Virus record (IMG/VR): IMGVR_UViG_3300036800_000311
Coordinates: 32,001-96,000 of that record
From: a virus
Strand: one strand, 5' to 3'
DNA: 64,000 nucleotides
Part shown: positions 28,854 through 37,312 of the stretch, one piece after another
How the letters are laid out: the number at the start of each line of letters is the position of its first letter
Position numbering within the stretch: position 1 is the first letter of the stretch
Program-made: the position numbers and the translations under genes
The notes under the pieces: generated by a model
What the model was told of the DNA's origin: nothing
Databases searched by the model: none
Seen by the model: only the letters and a program-made list of their open reading frames with translations

Positions 28854-29303
28854 CTAGCGCCACCTCCTCTTCTGGACGCGCTGGTTATTCTGACGTGAAC
28901 TTCTCGTCTTCTGGAGGCGACTAGTCATTGCTACCGCCTGCGACTTCGTCATGCGGTCGTGCGGCACTCCGCCGAGTTTGATGATGTACGTGATCTGCTT
29001 CGGAGTGGCTAGTCCCTTGGGCGAGGCGACCTTCGGGGCGTTCTCGCGCCTGCTAGGACCGCGTTCACGATGGAAGAGTTCGTGGCAGTGGCGACAAAGG
29101 ACCGTCAGGTCGGCTGGTCGCTCGTTTCCTAACCGTTCGTAGGTCCGATGATGGACGTCGAGCTTGCGGTTCGAGTTGCAGACCTGGCAACGATTCTCGG
29201 CGCGTAGCAGCGCCTGGGCACGGACCCCTCGCCAGTGGTCCGAGGTGAGGTATTCACTCCGGTACCTTCGCTGCGCTTCCGTAGGGTCGACGGAAGCGCT
29301 CAT
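28854..29303 (-). CDS. HNH endonuclease with basic C-terminal extension
   Basis: YLTSDHW..CQVC..LDVHHRTYERLGNE..LCRHCH; ATPKQITYI..MTKSQA tail. Confidence 0.9.
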   Translation of the reverse strand: MSASVDPTEAQRRYRSEYLTSDHWRGVRAQALLRAENRCQVCNSNRKLDVHHRTYERLGNERPADLTVLCRHCHELFHRERGPSRRENAPKVASPKGLATPKQITYIIKLGGVPHDRMTKSQAVAMTSRLQKTRSSRQNNQRVQKRRWR

Positions 29304-29483
29304 ACGGTATGCTTGGGGGGCGTCCTCACAACGCGAATTATACGCCCCGGGTGGCCCAGAGTCCCCGGGGCGTACTTATTCCCCGGCTCCCGAGCCTGGC
29401 GGGGCGCTTTGCTTTGGGTGACCGGGTGCTCGCCGCTCCGGACGGTATACTACGCCGCGATATGAGCGACCCCAGGAGGCAGC

Positions 29484-29630
29484 ATGGGACTAGATGGACC
29501 CAGCCGCAGAATCGTGTACGAGCCGGTAGAGGAGCCGAGCACCGAGCCGCGAGGGCCATCGACGCCGGAGTCCGAGCCCGAGCGCACTCCTACGTCCCCG
29601 TCCCGAGAGCGCGACCCCGTCTCGGCGTAG
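29484..29630 (+). CDS. 48-aa Pro/Glu-rich peptide
   Basis: SD AGGAGG; MGLDGPSRRIVYEPVEEPSTEP..RDPVSA*; downstream of GTATACT at 29445; absent from ORF track. Confidence 0.65.
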   Translation: MGLDGPSRRIVYEPVEEPSTEPRGPSTPESEPERTPTSPSRERDPVSA

Positions 29631-29645
29631 GCCTGTTCCGGGAGA

Positions 29646-30483
29646 TGGCGAAGGTCTCCGAGGCGGTGTTGCAGATGACGTTGACGTTCTCCGTCAGCAC
29701 CCGCGAGATGTCCGAGGTGATGGCCGCCCTGTCGGCGACCATCTACGGCTCGGGCGGTGCGATCCCCGTCCGGCGGGAGGTCGAGGTCGTCGGCACCGTG
29801 GAGTTCGAGGACCCGCCGCCAGTTCGTCGCGCGGGGAAGGCGATCGGCTACCGCTGGTGGACGCTGGACGGGTACCGGCTGATGTCGGCGAACGCCGTGA
29901 TGAGGAAGTACTGGGAGATCGGCCCGAACGAGGCGGTCTGTCACTTCTCGGAGTACGCGGCCCTCGGGACGCTCCGGGTCACGGCTCGCGGCGGCGCTCC
30001 CCCCGGCCACGAGGCCCCGCACCCGGACTGCGAGTGCGGTCTCTACGCCTGGTACGACGTCCCGAGCCACCCGGAGCGGGCGGTCACGGCGCTGAGCTCG
30101 GTCATCTACGGAGCACCGCCAGCCGACGCCTCGCTCCGCGTCTACGGGGCGGTCACACGGCGTGGGGTCCGATCGACGCCCACCCGACGGGCTTCCGCTC
30201 GCGGTTCGCGGAGGCGGTCGTCCTCGCGTACGACCCGGATCAGCCCTATCGGCACGTCGTCCGCGTCCAGGCCATCGCGTCGGAGATGGGCGTCCCCTGC
30301 GTCGAGCTCGAGGATCTCCGGGCGGCCGCGGCGGACCACGGCGAGGAGATCCCGGTCGACCTGCGCCCCTTGGAAAGTCATATCGTTGCGGATCTTCGAG
30401 CGTACGCTCAGACGTACGCCCAGGCGACCAACCCACACATGGCCCGTTCGGCCCATGGCAACCCGCTCTGGCAGATGCCTTGA
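29646..30483 (+). pseudogene. HxAP..CxCGLYA-motif protein split by a 2-nt frameshift
   Basis: GYRWW..HEAPHPDCECGLYAW..VYGAVT continues as AWGPIDAHPTGFRSRFA in another frame; extra AC in GTCACACGG at 30152-30160. Confidence 0.7.
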
Positions 30484-30571
30484 GCGGAGCGCGCCGCTCT
30501 CCCCGCTACGCTTCGCCTCTCGGGGCCGACGCCTGCCAAGACACCTCGGCCCCGACCGCCCTCGACCCGCC

Positions 30572-30595
30572 GCCCCCGGGTCGGGGGCTTTTTTT
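30572..30595 (+). terminator. Intrinsic terminator
   Basis: GCCCCCG-GGT-CGGGGGC-T7. Confidence 0.8.
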
Positions 30596-30638
30596 GTTCC
30601 GGCCGCGACGGCTAGTATACTGCTGGGTATGGACGCTG

Positions 30639-32225
30639 ATGGTCGATGAGCTCGTCTTCGGATCCTGCTTCTCGGGCGTCGGGGGCATCGACCTCGGACT
30701 CGAGCGAGCGGGGATGCGAGTCGCCTGGCAGTGCGAGTCCGATCCCTGGAGACGAGGGATCCTCGCCCGGCACTGGTCCGGAGTCCCCTGCTACGAAGAT
30801 ATCCGCGTGCTCGCTCGCGATTCGGGGGCGCGAGGGCGGAGCGCAGGCCGAGGTAGCGGACCTGCCGAGCCTGCGAGCGTCGGCTGGGGGTTCCAGTCGG
30901 GCGATGGTCTTCAATCCGCGAGTAGAAGGGAGCAAACCACGAATGGGGATCTCCGGGGAAGTAGTGAGCACGCTTCATGTCGGTCAGATCCCGGGTTCGT
31001 TGACCTCCTCGCAGGCGGCGTCCCATGCCAGGACTGGAGCGTCGCGGGTCGACGGAGGGGCCTCGCTGGGGGACGATCCGGCCTCTTCTTCGAGTTCGCC
31101 CGAGTCGCAGATGAGCTTGTTCGGCCCGCTGGATTCGTTCTCTTCGAGAACGTCCCGGGTCTCCTCTCCGCCTGCTCCTGTCAGGGATGCCGAGACCTGG
31201 GCGAGCTTCTACGAGTCCATCAGCGCGGACGGGGGGGGGCTGTCGTCGATGCCGGACGAGATCCTGGTCCTGGCCTCTTTGAGGATTCCCTGGGCGATGG
31301 TCCCGTCGATCCGCGCGGCTGTCCGTGTCGCCGCTGCGACGAGGCCCGGCGCCTCCGCTCCGAGCACGCGGGGACGGACTTCTGGGTGGTCCTGTCCACG
31401 CTTGGGAACCTCGGGTTTCACGACCTCGCCTGGCGAGTGCTGGACAGTCGGCACTTCGGAGTTCCCCAGCGGAGGAGGCGAGTCTTCGTCCTTGCCCGAC
31501 GTGCTCGTGGGCGATCCTGCTGCGAGATTCTCCTTGAGTCCGAGGGCGGCGCGGGGGATCCTGCGCCGCGCGGAGAAGAGGGGCCGCGAGTTGCCGCGAG
31601 CCTTGCGAGCGGCTCTCACGGACCTGGCGTGAGCGCGCCGGGGCGACGGCAGGAGGATGACGTGAACATCGTCGCGAGTTCGATTCAGCGCTCTGGCCCC
31701 CCAGGTTCGCGCCGAGAGGACGAGTCGTCGCTCGTCTTCGGCGTGGATGTGTCGGCCACCCTCAAGGGCCATCGCGGGAAGGGCGGCGGGGGACTTGGCC
31801 CGGAGGAGACGCTGGTCTCCCATACGCTGACCTCGGGCGGATTCGACGCGAGTGAGGACGGTAGCGGCCGCGGCACTCCGCTAGTCGCCTCGGTCTCGGA
31901 GAACCAGCGGGGCGAGGTCCTGGAGACCGACTACGCCCACCAACTCACGACCGGCGGCGGGAAGCCTGGTCAGGGATTCTCGGCGGCTCGGATCGGATCG
32001 GCGGTTCGTCGCCTCACCCCGACGGAGTGCGAGCGCCTCCAGGGCTTCCCGGACGGCTGGACGATCCCCGAGGGTCCGTCGCTCGTCGGCGAGTCGTCGT
32101 TCCCCTACCGCGCCGACGAGAGGTGCCCGCTTCCGGACGGTCCTCGCTATGCGGCGATGGGTGACGCGGTCACGGTGCCGGTCATCGAGTGGATCGGTCG
32201 GCGAATCGTCGCCTTCCGCGGATAA
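30639..32225 (+). CDS. C5 cytosine DNA methyltransferase (main frame)
   Basis: FSGVGG (I), GVPCQDWS (IV), ENVPG (VI), QRRRRVF (VIII), RRLTPTECERLQGFP (IX), MGDAVTV (X). Confidence 0.93.
   Translation: MVDELVFGSCFSGVGGIDLGLERAGMRVAWQCESDPWRRGILARHWSGVPCYEDIRVLARDSGARGRSAGRGSGPAEPASVGWGFQSGDGLQSASRREQTTNGDLRGSSEHASCRSDPGFVDLLAGGVPCQDWSVAGRRRGLAGGRSGLFFEFARVADELVRPAGFVLFENVPGLLSACSCQGCRDLGELLRVHQRGRGGAVVDAGRDPGPGLFEDSLGDGPVDPRGCPCRRCDEARRLRSEHAGTDFWVVLSTLGNLGFHDLAWRVLDSRHFGVPQRRRRVFVLARRARGRSCCEILLESEGGAGDPAPRGEEGPRVAASLASGSHGPGVSAPGRRQEDDVNIVASSIQRSGPPGSRREDESSLVFGVDVSATLKGHRGKGGGGLGPEETLVSHTLTSGGFDASEDGSGRGTPLVASVSENQRGEVLETDYAHQLTTGGGKPGQGFSAARIGSAVRRLTPTECERLQGFPDGWTIPEGPSLVGESSFPYRADERCPLPDGPRYAAMGDAVTVPVIEWIGRRIVAFRG
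30646..31632 (+). CDS. Overprinted +1-frame polypeptide inside the C5 MTase (beta-subunit-like)
   Basis: 328 open codons ending ECWTVGTSEFPS..SSLPDVL..FSLSPRAARGILRRAEKRGRELP; true start uncertain. Confidence 0.7.
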   Translation: MSSSSDPASRASGASTSDSSERGCESPGSASPIPGDEGSSPGTGPESPATKISACSLAIRGREGGAQAEVADLPSLRASAGGSSRAMVFNPRVEGSKPRMGISGEVVSTLHVGQIPGSLTSSQAASHARTGASRVDGGASLGDDPASSSSSPESQMSLFGPLDSFSSRTSRVSSPPAPVRDAETWASFYESISADGGGLSSMPDEILVLASLRIPWAMVPSIRAAVRVAAATRPGASAPSTRGRTSGWSCPRLGTSGFTTSPGECWTVGTSEFPSGGGESSSLPDVLVGDPAARFSLSPRAARGILRRAEKRGRELPRALRAALTDLA

Positions 32226-32245
32226 AGATTTCCCCGCCCCGCCGA

Positions 32246-32294
32246 CCGAGGTAGTATACTAAGCGGCAGGTACCGAACTCCACCTACCAAGGAG
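32246..32294 (+). promoter_or_regulatory. Conserved promoter + leader box
   Basis: CCGAGGTAGTATACT ... CTCCACCTACCAAGGAG. Confidence 0.75.
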
Positions 32295-32300
32295 AACCAG

Positions 32301-32489
32301 ATGCCCCGCTACGTAGTCGTATCCCCGCAGGAGTCCCAGGGCCGCGAGATCGTCGGCTCCTACGCCGAGCAGTACGGCTGGAAGGTCCGCGATACCCAGG
32401 CCGATCCCGCTACGGGCCAGGTCTTCTGGTCCGGCGGTAAGCGCGAGATGCGCGCCACGGCTCGGGACCTGAATCGGCTGGCGTCGTGA
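32301..32489 (+). CDS. Hypothetical protein
   Basis: SD AAGGAG after conserved promoter. Confidence 0.65.
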   Translation: MPRYVVVSPQESQGREIVGSYAEQYGWKVRDTQADPATGQVFWSGGKREMRATARDLNRLAS

Positions 32490-32704
32490 GCGCCCCTAGC
32501 CCCTACCGCGTCGAGGCCATCGTCCACGAGGAGTGCACCTGCACCCTCGGATACCTTGACGAAGGCCCGGAGACGATCGTCGACGGTGACGAGAACTGCG
32601 TCATTCACGGATGCTCGCCCTACGCCCTCCGCTCCGAGCGGTCCCGCGAGGTCGCGGATCTGCTGGCCGAGGCGGATCGGATTGACCGAGGGGTAGCGTC
32701 GTGA
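32486..32704 (+). CDS. Hypothetical protein
   Basis: CTC..CVIHG motif; GTGA overlaps. Confidence 0.6.
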   Translation: MSAPSPYRVEAIVHEECTCTLGYLDEGPETIVDGDENCVIHGCSPYALRSERSREVADLLAEADRIDRGVAS

Positions 32705-33066
32705 GCGCCGCGACGGAGTCCAAGGCGGCTCGGCTCCTCTCGGAGGGCCGCGTCGATCCGGACCCGACCCCGGCGCGGATCTTCCGCGTCGACGGGGACT
32801 CGGGCCGGTACGTGGTCTTCGTCTCCGCGCATCATCGCTCCTGTACCTGCCCGCACGGAGAGCACGGCGGGGAGGGGGACTGCAGCCACGTCTCGGCGGC
32901 GGTCGAGTGGGTCCTCTCGGAGGGCGCGCTGATGGACGAGACGAGGCAGGAGCGGCCGCTCTCCGCCCGCGCGCTCCGCTTCCCGGACTACCTCCAGGCC
33001 CTTGCGGATCGCAAGGCTCGGGACTCGGAACTCGCCGACGAGGCGTTCCGGAGGCTGGGCGCATGA
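32701..33066 (+). CDS. SWIM zinc-finger protein
   Basis: FRVDGDSGRYVV..SCTCP..CSHV. Confidence 0.75.
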   Translation: MSAATESKAARLLSEGRVDPDPTPARIFRVDGDSGRYVVFVSAHHRSCTCPHGEHGGEGDCSHVSAAVEWVLSEGALMDETRQERPLSARALRFPDYLQALADRKARDSELADEAFRRLGA

Positions 33067-33371
33067 ACTGGCTCGGCGATCACCTGAGTGGCCGGTGGGA
33101 CGAGTCGGACCGCGCGGAGCGGGAGACGGCGGCAAAGGTCGACGCGGTCTTCGCGGAGGCCGCGGACCGCGGCTACCTTCGGCGTATGTCGGCCGCTGCG
33201 CTGGAGGTCCGCGACCAGGTCCGCGACCAGGCGGAGGCCCGCGAGGGGCTCTACGGGCCTGGGATAGCGGACGAGGACCCCGTCTGCCCTGACTGCGGCG
33301 GCGAGGGCGTACGCGCCTCCCTCGGATGGCCGGAGACGTGCTCTGGCTGCGGAGGGTACGGGACACTATGA
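33063..33371 (+). CDS. Hypothetical protein with DnaJ-like CxxCxGxG pair
   Basis: CPDCGGEG..CSGCGGYG. Confidence 0.6.
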   Translation: MNWLGDHLSGRWDESDRAERETAAKVDAVFAEAADRGYLRRMSAAALEVRDQVRDQAEAREGLYGPGIADEDPVCPDCGGEGVRASLGWPETCSGCGGYGTL

Positions 33372-33709
33372 CCCCGATCGATCGAGGGCCGTCGCGGCCC
33401 CGCGTGATGAGCGGCTCGGTGGAGGTCCAGCCGCCGCTCCACCCGGAGCACGCCTACATCGACTCGGACGGATTCCGGAATGCCGACATGGAGGCGTCGG
33501 TCTACGAGGACAAGGACGGGTCGATCATCTACAGCGATATCGCGGACCGTCGGCAGCCCACGGCGGTCGTCATCGCCCTGACGGCCGAGGGTGTCGAGTG
33601 GCTCCTCGAAGAGCTCGACCAGCATCGCGACGACCGCTTCGTTCGCGGACTGACCTACGCGCGTGACCTCGCCAAGGTCATCGCGTGGGATCGCGCGGCG
33701 GGACGATGA
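33368..33709 (+). CDS. Hypothetical protein
   Basis: ATGA-coupled. Confidence 0.55.
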   Translation: MTPIDRGPSRPRVMSGSVEVQPPLHPEHAYIDSDGFRNADMEASVYEDKDGSIIYSDIADRRQPTAVVIALTAEGVEWLLEELDQHRDDRFVRGLTYARDLAKVIAWDRAAGR

Positions 33710-33891
33710 CGACAGAGCAGGCCATACTTCGCTTCGAGCGGAAGGCCGCGGACCTACGATCCCGGGACCTCTTCGAGGCCGCCCAAGACTGGCAGCGTCG
33801 GGCCTCGGAGATGGCTTCGCTGGCGCGGATGGCCGAGGGCCTACCGGCCGCCAAGCGCCCACTTCGCGGGCTCGGCAGGGAGGCATTCTGA
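33706..33891 (+). CDS. Hypothetical protein
   Basis: ATGA-coupled. Confidence 0.5.
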   Translation: MTTEQAILRFERKAADLRSRDLFEAAQDWQRRASEMASLARMAEGLPAAKRPLRGLGREAF

Positions 33892-34145
33892 TGGCGCGCA
33901 GCTACCACGACGACGGATGGACGCCGGTCGACGACGAGCCGTTCCGGGAGGAGTACATCGGGGGCCGGTACGTCTCCGACGACGAGCGGGAGGACGCCCG
34001 CCGGGAGCGCTACGACGACGAGCACCCGCCGAACCTCAGCTGCGAGGAGTGCGGATTCGAGTGGTACTCCCCGATCATCCGATCGCGGCACGAGCCGCCG
34101 GAGCCGCGCTACCCGGACTGCCCGCGCTGCGAGGGGACGGCCTGA
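33891..34145 (+). CDS. Zinc-ribbon protein
   Basis: CEECG..CPRC; TGATG overlaps. Confidence 0.55.
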   Translation: MARSYHDDGWTPVDDEPFREEYIGGRYVSDDEREDARRERYDDEHPPNLSCEECGFEWYSPIIRSRHEPPEPRYPDCPRCEGTA

Positions 34146-34384
34146 TGTCTGAGCGCTACGCCAGGGAGTACGTCTGCCCCGACCCCGCGGAACACGGCGA
34201 GATAGCCTACGTTCCCGGTCTCCTGCGTGGAGACTGGCGCACCGGGCGGCAAGCGTGGACTCCGGTGGCCAAGATCCCCTCCTGTCCGATCTGCGGGGCC
34301 ACCATGATCCACGATGTTGACCCCCCCAGCCTCGGCGTACGGATCGTACTGATCCACCGAGACGAGTTGCGGGCGAGCGCCTGA
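34145..34384 (+). CDS. Zinc-ribbon protein
   Basis: YVCPD..H..CPICGATM. Confidence 0.55.
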   Translation: MSERYAREYVCPDPAEHGEIAYVPGLLRGDWRTGRQAWTPVAKIPSCPICGATMIHDVDPPSLGVRIVLIHRDELRASA

Positions 34385-34698
34385 TGGACCGTACGCCGCT
34401 CCGGGAGGCGTTCTTCGCGGAGGCGAAGACCGACCCGTACCTTCACCTGATCCAGCACATGCTCGCTGACGCCTGGGCGCGCGGGTACCGGCGGGCGCTG
34501 ACCGACGCGACGGCGGCGGTCGCCGGGGATCCGCACGCGGGGACGGGATGGCAGTCGTTCTCGGACCTGCGCCGCAGGGCGCTGGGGGAGTTGACGGAGG
34601 ACGCGGACGAGGCTAGCCGCGTCGTCGCGCTCGCCAAACTCGGAGGGCGGCTGAACGTCGACACCTCCCTACGGACTCCCCCCGATGCCTGGGCCTGA
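34384..34698 (+). CDS. Hypothetical protein
   Basis: TGATG-coupled. Confidence 0.55.
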   Translation: MDRTPLREAFFAEAKTDPYLHLIQHMLADAWARGYRRALTDATAAVAGDPHAGTGWQSFSDLRRRALGELTEDADEASRVVALAKLGGRLNVDTSLRTPPDAWA

Positions 34699-35113
34699 GA
34701 TCTCCCTCTCCGCGGACGAGATCCGCGTCGCCCAGCGCGAGGCCCTACGCCTCGGGTGGGGCGAGGGGGAGCTCCGGCGGCTCGTGCCGCACGAGCCGCC
34801 CGGCCCGATCCCGTCGCTGGACATGGAGAAGATTCTCCGCGCGGCGTACGAGCAGCGCTGGCACGACCAGGGCGGAGACGGGATCCTCTCGGAGATCGCC
34901 TCCGTCATGGCGGAGCGTGCCTGCCAGATAACCCAACGCGACACGCTTCGGAAGGAGTTGGACGATCTCCACGAGGAGCTTTCCGTGGCGCACGACCTGG
35001 AGGAGATCCGCGAGCACGTCCGCTTCTTGCTGGAGAACCTGGAGGGCGCCCGCTGGCTGAAGATGGCGCGATCCTACGAGGCGCTCGGGCGGCTGGTGAA
35101 TCGTGAGGGTTAG
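34685..35113 (+). CDS. Hypothetical coiled-coil protein
   Basis: In operon; heptad-rich C-terminus. Confidence 0.55.
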   Translation: MPGPEISLSADEIRVAQREALRLGWGEGELRRLVPHEPPGPIPSLDMEKILRAAYEQRWHDQGGDGILSEIASVMAERACQITQRDTLRKELDDLHEELSVAHDLEEIREHVRFLLENLEGARWLKMARSYEALGRLVNREG

Positions 35114-35393
35114 CTCCGCCTACGACCCAGCGCGCGCCCGGATCGACGTCTACGTCCGCGTCGATCCCGAATCGGCGCTCGTCTACGAGGACGGACTGGA
35201 CCGCGTCGTGCGGATCGCCGCGGGATACGAGTGCCCGATCTACCTCTCCGTTCCGTCTGATATGGCGGGCCTGCTGATCTCCGCGCTCCAGGAATCGGGC
35301 GCGGCGGAGCCAGCTACCCAGGCACACCTTCGGGACGCGGTCGTCGTCCGTGATCGCCTCCTCGCGATGGTCGAGTCGAGGTGGAACAGATGA
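35103..35393 (+). CDS. Hypothetical protein
   Basis: In operon; HLRDAVVVRDRLL. Confidence 0.55.
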   Translation: MRVSSAYDPARARIDVYVRVDPESALVYEDGLDRVVRIAAGYECPIYLSVPSDMAGLLISALQESGAAEPATQAHLRDAVVVRDRLLAMVESRWNR

Positions 35394-35698
35394 GCGTTCG
35401 GATCCTCTATAGCGGCACCCAGGATCGAGCCTGCTTCTATGACGCTACGACCGGCGAGGCGTTCGGCCCGATATTTGAGGACGCCCTGGAGACGGACGAG
35501 CGGTACGTTTCGGGCGACACGGCGGAGTCCCTGGCGAAGGCGTTCCTGCGGCACCTGACCGAGGATCTCGGCGTCGCGGACCCGCGTAGCCTTGACCCTC
35601 GGACCTTGATGAACACATACGCGCGCTGGCGGGCGACCGTCGCGTGGCCGCAGAGTGAGGAGAGAGAGAATGAGTCGGATCGTCCTGACCCGCTATGA
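35390..35698 (+). CDS. Hypothetical protein
   Basis: MSVRIL..ACFYDATTGEAFGPIF. Confidence 0.6.
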   Translation: MSVRILYSGTQDRACFYDATTGEAFGPIFEDALETDERYVSGDTAESLAKAFLRHLTEDLGVADPRSLDPRTLMNTYARWRATVAWPQSEERENESDRPDPL

Positions 35699-36020
35699 GA
35701 GCAACCAGGAGCGAGTCGTCGTCGGCTGGGATCATCCCTGCGGAGGCGCGTTCTGGCAGGAGTTTGCGGAGGACCCCGCGGACGGGAGCTTCCCAGATGA
35801 CTTCGAGGAGGTCATCCGCGAGGGCGGCCTCCTGCCGGGCCTGCCGCTCCCGCTCGGCCCGCAGGTGCCCGAGGATCTCCGCCCGCTCGTCACGCCCGAG
35901 GTCGAGGCGCTGCTGGCGAGGCACGCGGAGGACCCCGACTCGGACTACCGCACCAACCCGATAGACCTGAGCGCCGCGGAGCGGCCGATCATGCGGAACC
36001 TCGCGGAGGATCTTCGATGA
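35670..36020 (+). CDS. Hypothetical protein
   Basis: SD GAGGAG; VVGWDHP. Confidence 0.6.
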   Translation: MSRIVLTRYESNQERVVVGWDHPCGGAFWQEFAEDPADGSFPDDFEEVIREGGLLPGLPLPLGPQVPEDLRPLVTPEVEALLARHAEDPDSDYRTNPIDLSAAERPIMRNLAEDLR

Positions 36021-37312
36021 GCCGCCGGACTCGTACCTCCCCGTGGCTATGGATCCGCCTGACGTTCTTCTCGATGTTGTTCCTGCTGGCGTCGGCGACC
36101 AAGTCGCCAGGGGTCGAGGTTGATCCGTGGCAGCAGGCCCACGATCAACTCGCCCCGGCGGCGCGCGAGCGCTGGGAGGTCGGCGAGGTCCGAACGATCT
36201 ACCAGGCCGTCATGCCGGGCCTGGACCCCGCCGAGTTCCAGATGGTGATGGCGATGGCCGCGCGATACGACCTCGATCCCCTCGCCCACGAGATATGGGG
36301 CGCGAAGGGCAAGACGCGGGACGGTCGTCCCGGGCGCGTCCTGATCCTGGTCGGCCGCGACGGACTACTGAAGGTCGCCCGTCGGGACGCTACCTACGCG
36401 GGGTTCGACTCGGACGTGGTCCACGAGAAGGACACGTTCCGCGTCAAGCGCTCCGGCGCGGGCCGAGAGATCATCCACGAGTACGAGGGCGGGACCAAGG
36501 ACCGCGGGCCGATCATCGGGGCGTGGGCTCAGGTCTACCAGAAGGGGTATCACGACACGTACTTCTTCGCGCCCTGGGAGGAGTACTTTCCGAACCGCGC
36601 GGACGACAAGAGTCCCTGGACGAAGCAGCCGAGCGTGATGATCCAGAAGTGCGCACTATCACTGTGCCTGCGGCTGGCGTTCAACCTCTCGGGCGTCGTC
36701 TCCGAGGAGGAGGGCGCGCGGGCCTTCGAGGATGACGTCGCCTCGGCGGCGGAGTCCGAGGACTCCCTCTCGGCGGCCGTGGCCGAGATCTCGCCGGACC
36801 TCCGCGACCGCCTCTACGCTGCGTACGGAGAGGCGGCCCACCTCCGGCCGGGGCAGATGACCCCGGCGTCGGTCGAGATGTCGGTCAAGGGGCAGTCCCG
36901 GGAGCGGATCGTCGCCTACCTCGACGAGGCGGAGGAGGCGAACGCCGCGGTCCGGAGCCGGGCGGAGGCGCGCTCCGCGGACGACGCTATCTCGGACGCG
37001 GAGGTCGTCGAGCCGGACGTCCCCGCGGACGCCTCGGACCTACCAGACTTGAGCGGCGAGGAGCCGACGGCCTCCGTCTCTTCCCCTACGCCGGACGGAG
37101 GGTCCGCGCCCATCGCCCCGGGCATGGCCCTCGCCGCTCAGGAGCACCTGGACGTCCTTCATCGTCGCCTCTCGGACCTGACGGACCGCCAGGCGGACCT
37201 GGACCCCGAGTCGGCGGACGCGGAGCTCGTGACGGAGGAGGTCGCCACGATCGAGGCCGAGATCCGCGAGGTCGGCGGAACGCTCCCCGGGCAGGAGTCC
37301 TTCGATGTCTGA
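36017..37312 (+). CDS. RecT/Bet-family single-strand annealing protein
   Basis: YDLDPLAHEIW..GRDGLLKVA..IIGAWAQVY..W.KQPSVMIQKCA..LRLAF. Confidence 0.88.
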   Translation: MSRRTRTSPWLWIRLTFFSMLFLLASATKSPGVEVDPWQQAHDQLAPAARERWEVGEVRTIYQAVMPGLDPAEFQMVMAMAARYDLDPLAHEIWGAKGKTRDGRPGRVLILVGRDGLLKVARRDATYAGFDSDVVHEKDTFRVKRSGAGREIIHEYEGGTKDRGPIIGAWAQVYQKGYHDTYFFAPWEEYFPNRADDKSPWTKQPSVMIQKCALSLCLRLAFNLSGVVSEEEGARAFEDDVASAAESEDSLSAAVAEISPDLRDRLYAAYGEAAHLRPGQMTPASVEMSVKGQSRERIVAYLDEAEEANAAVRSRAEARSADDAISDAEVVEPDVPADASDLPDLSGEEPTASVSSPTPDGGSAPIAPGMALAAQEHLDVLHRRLSDLTDRQADLDPESADAELVTEEVATIEAEIREVGGTLPGQESFDV

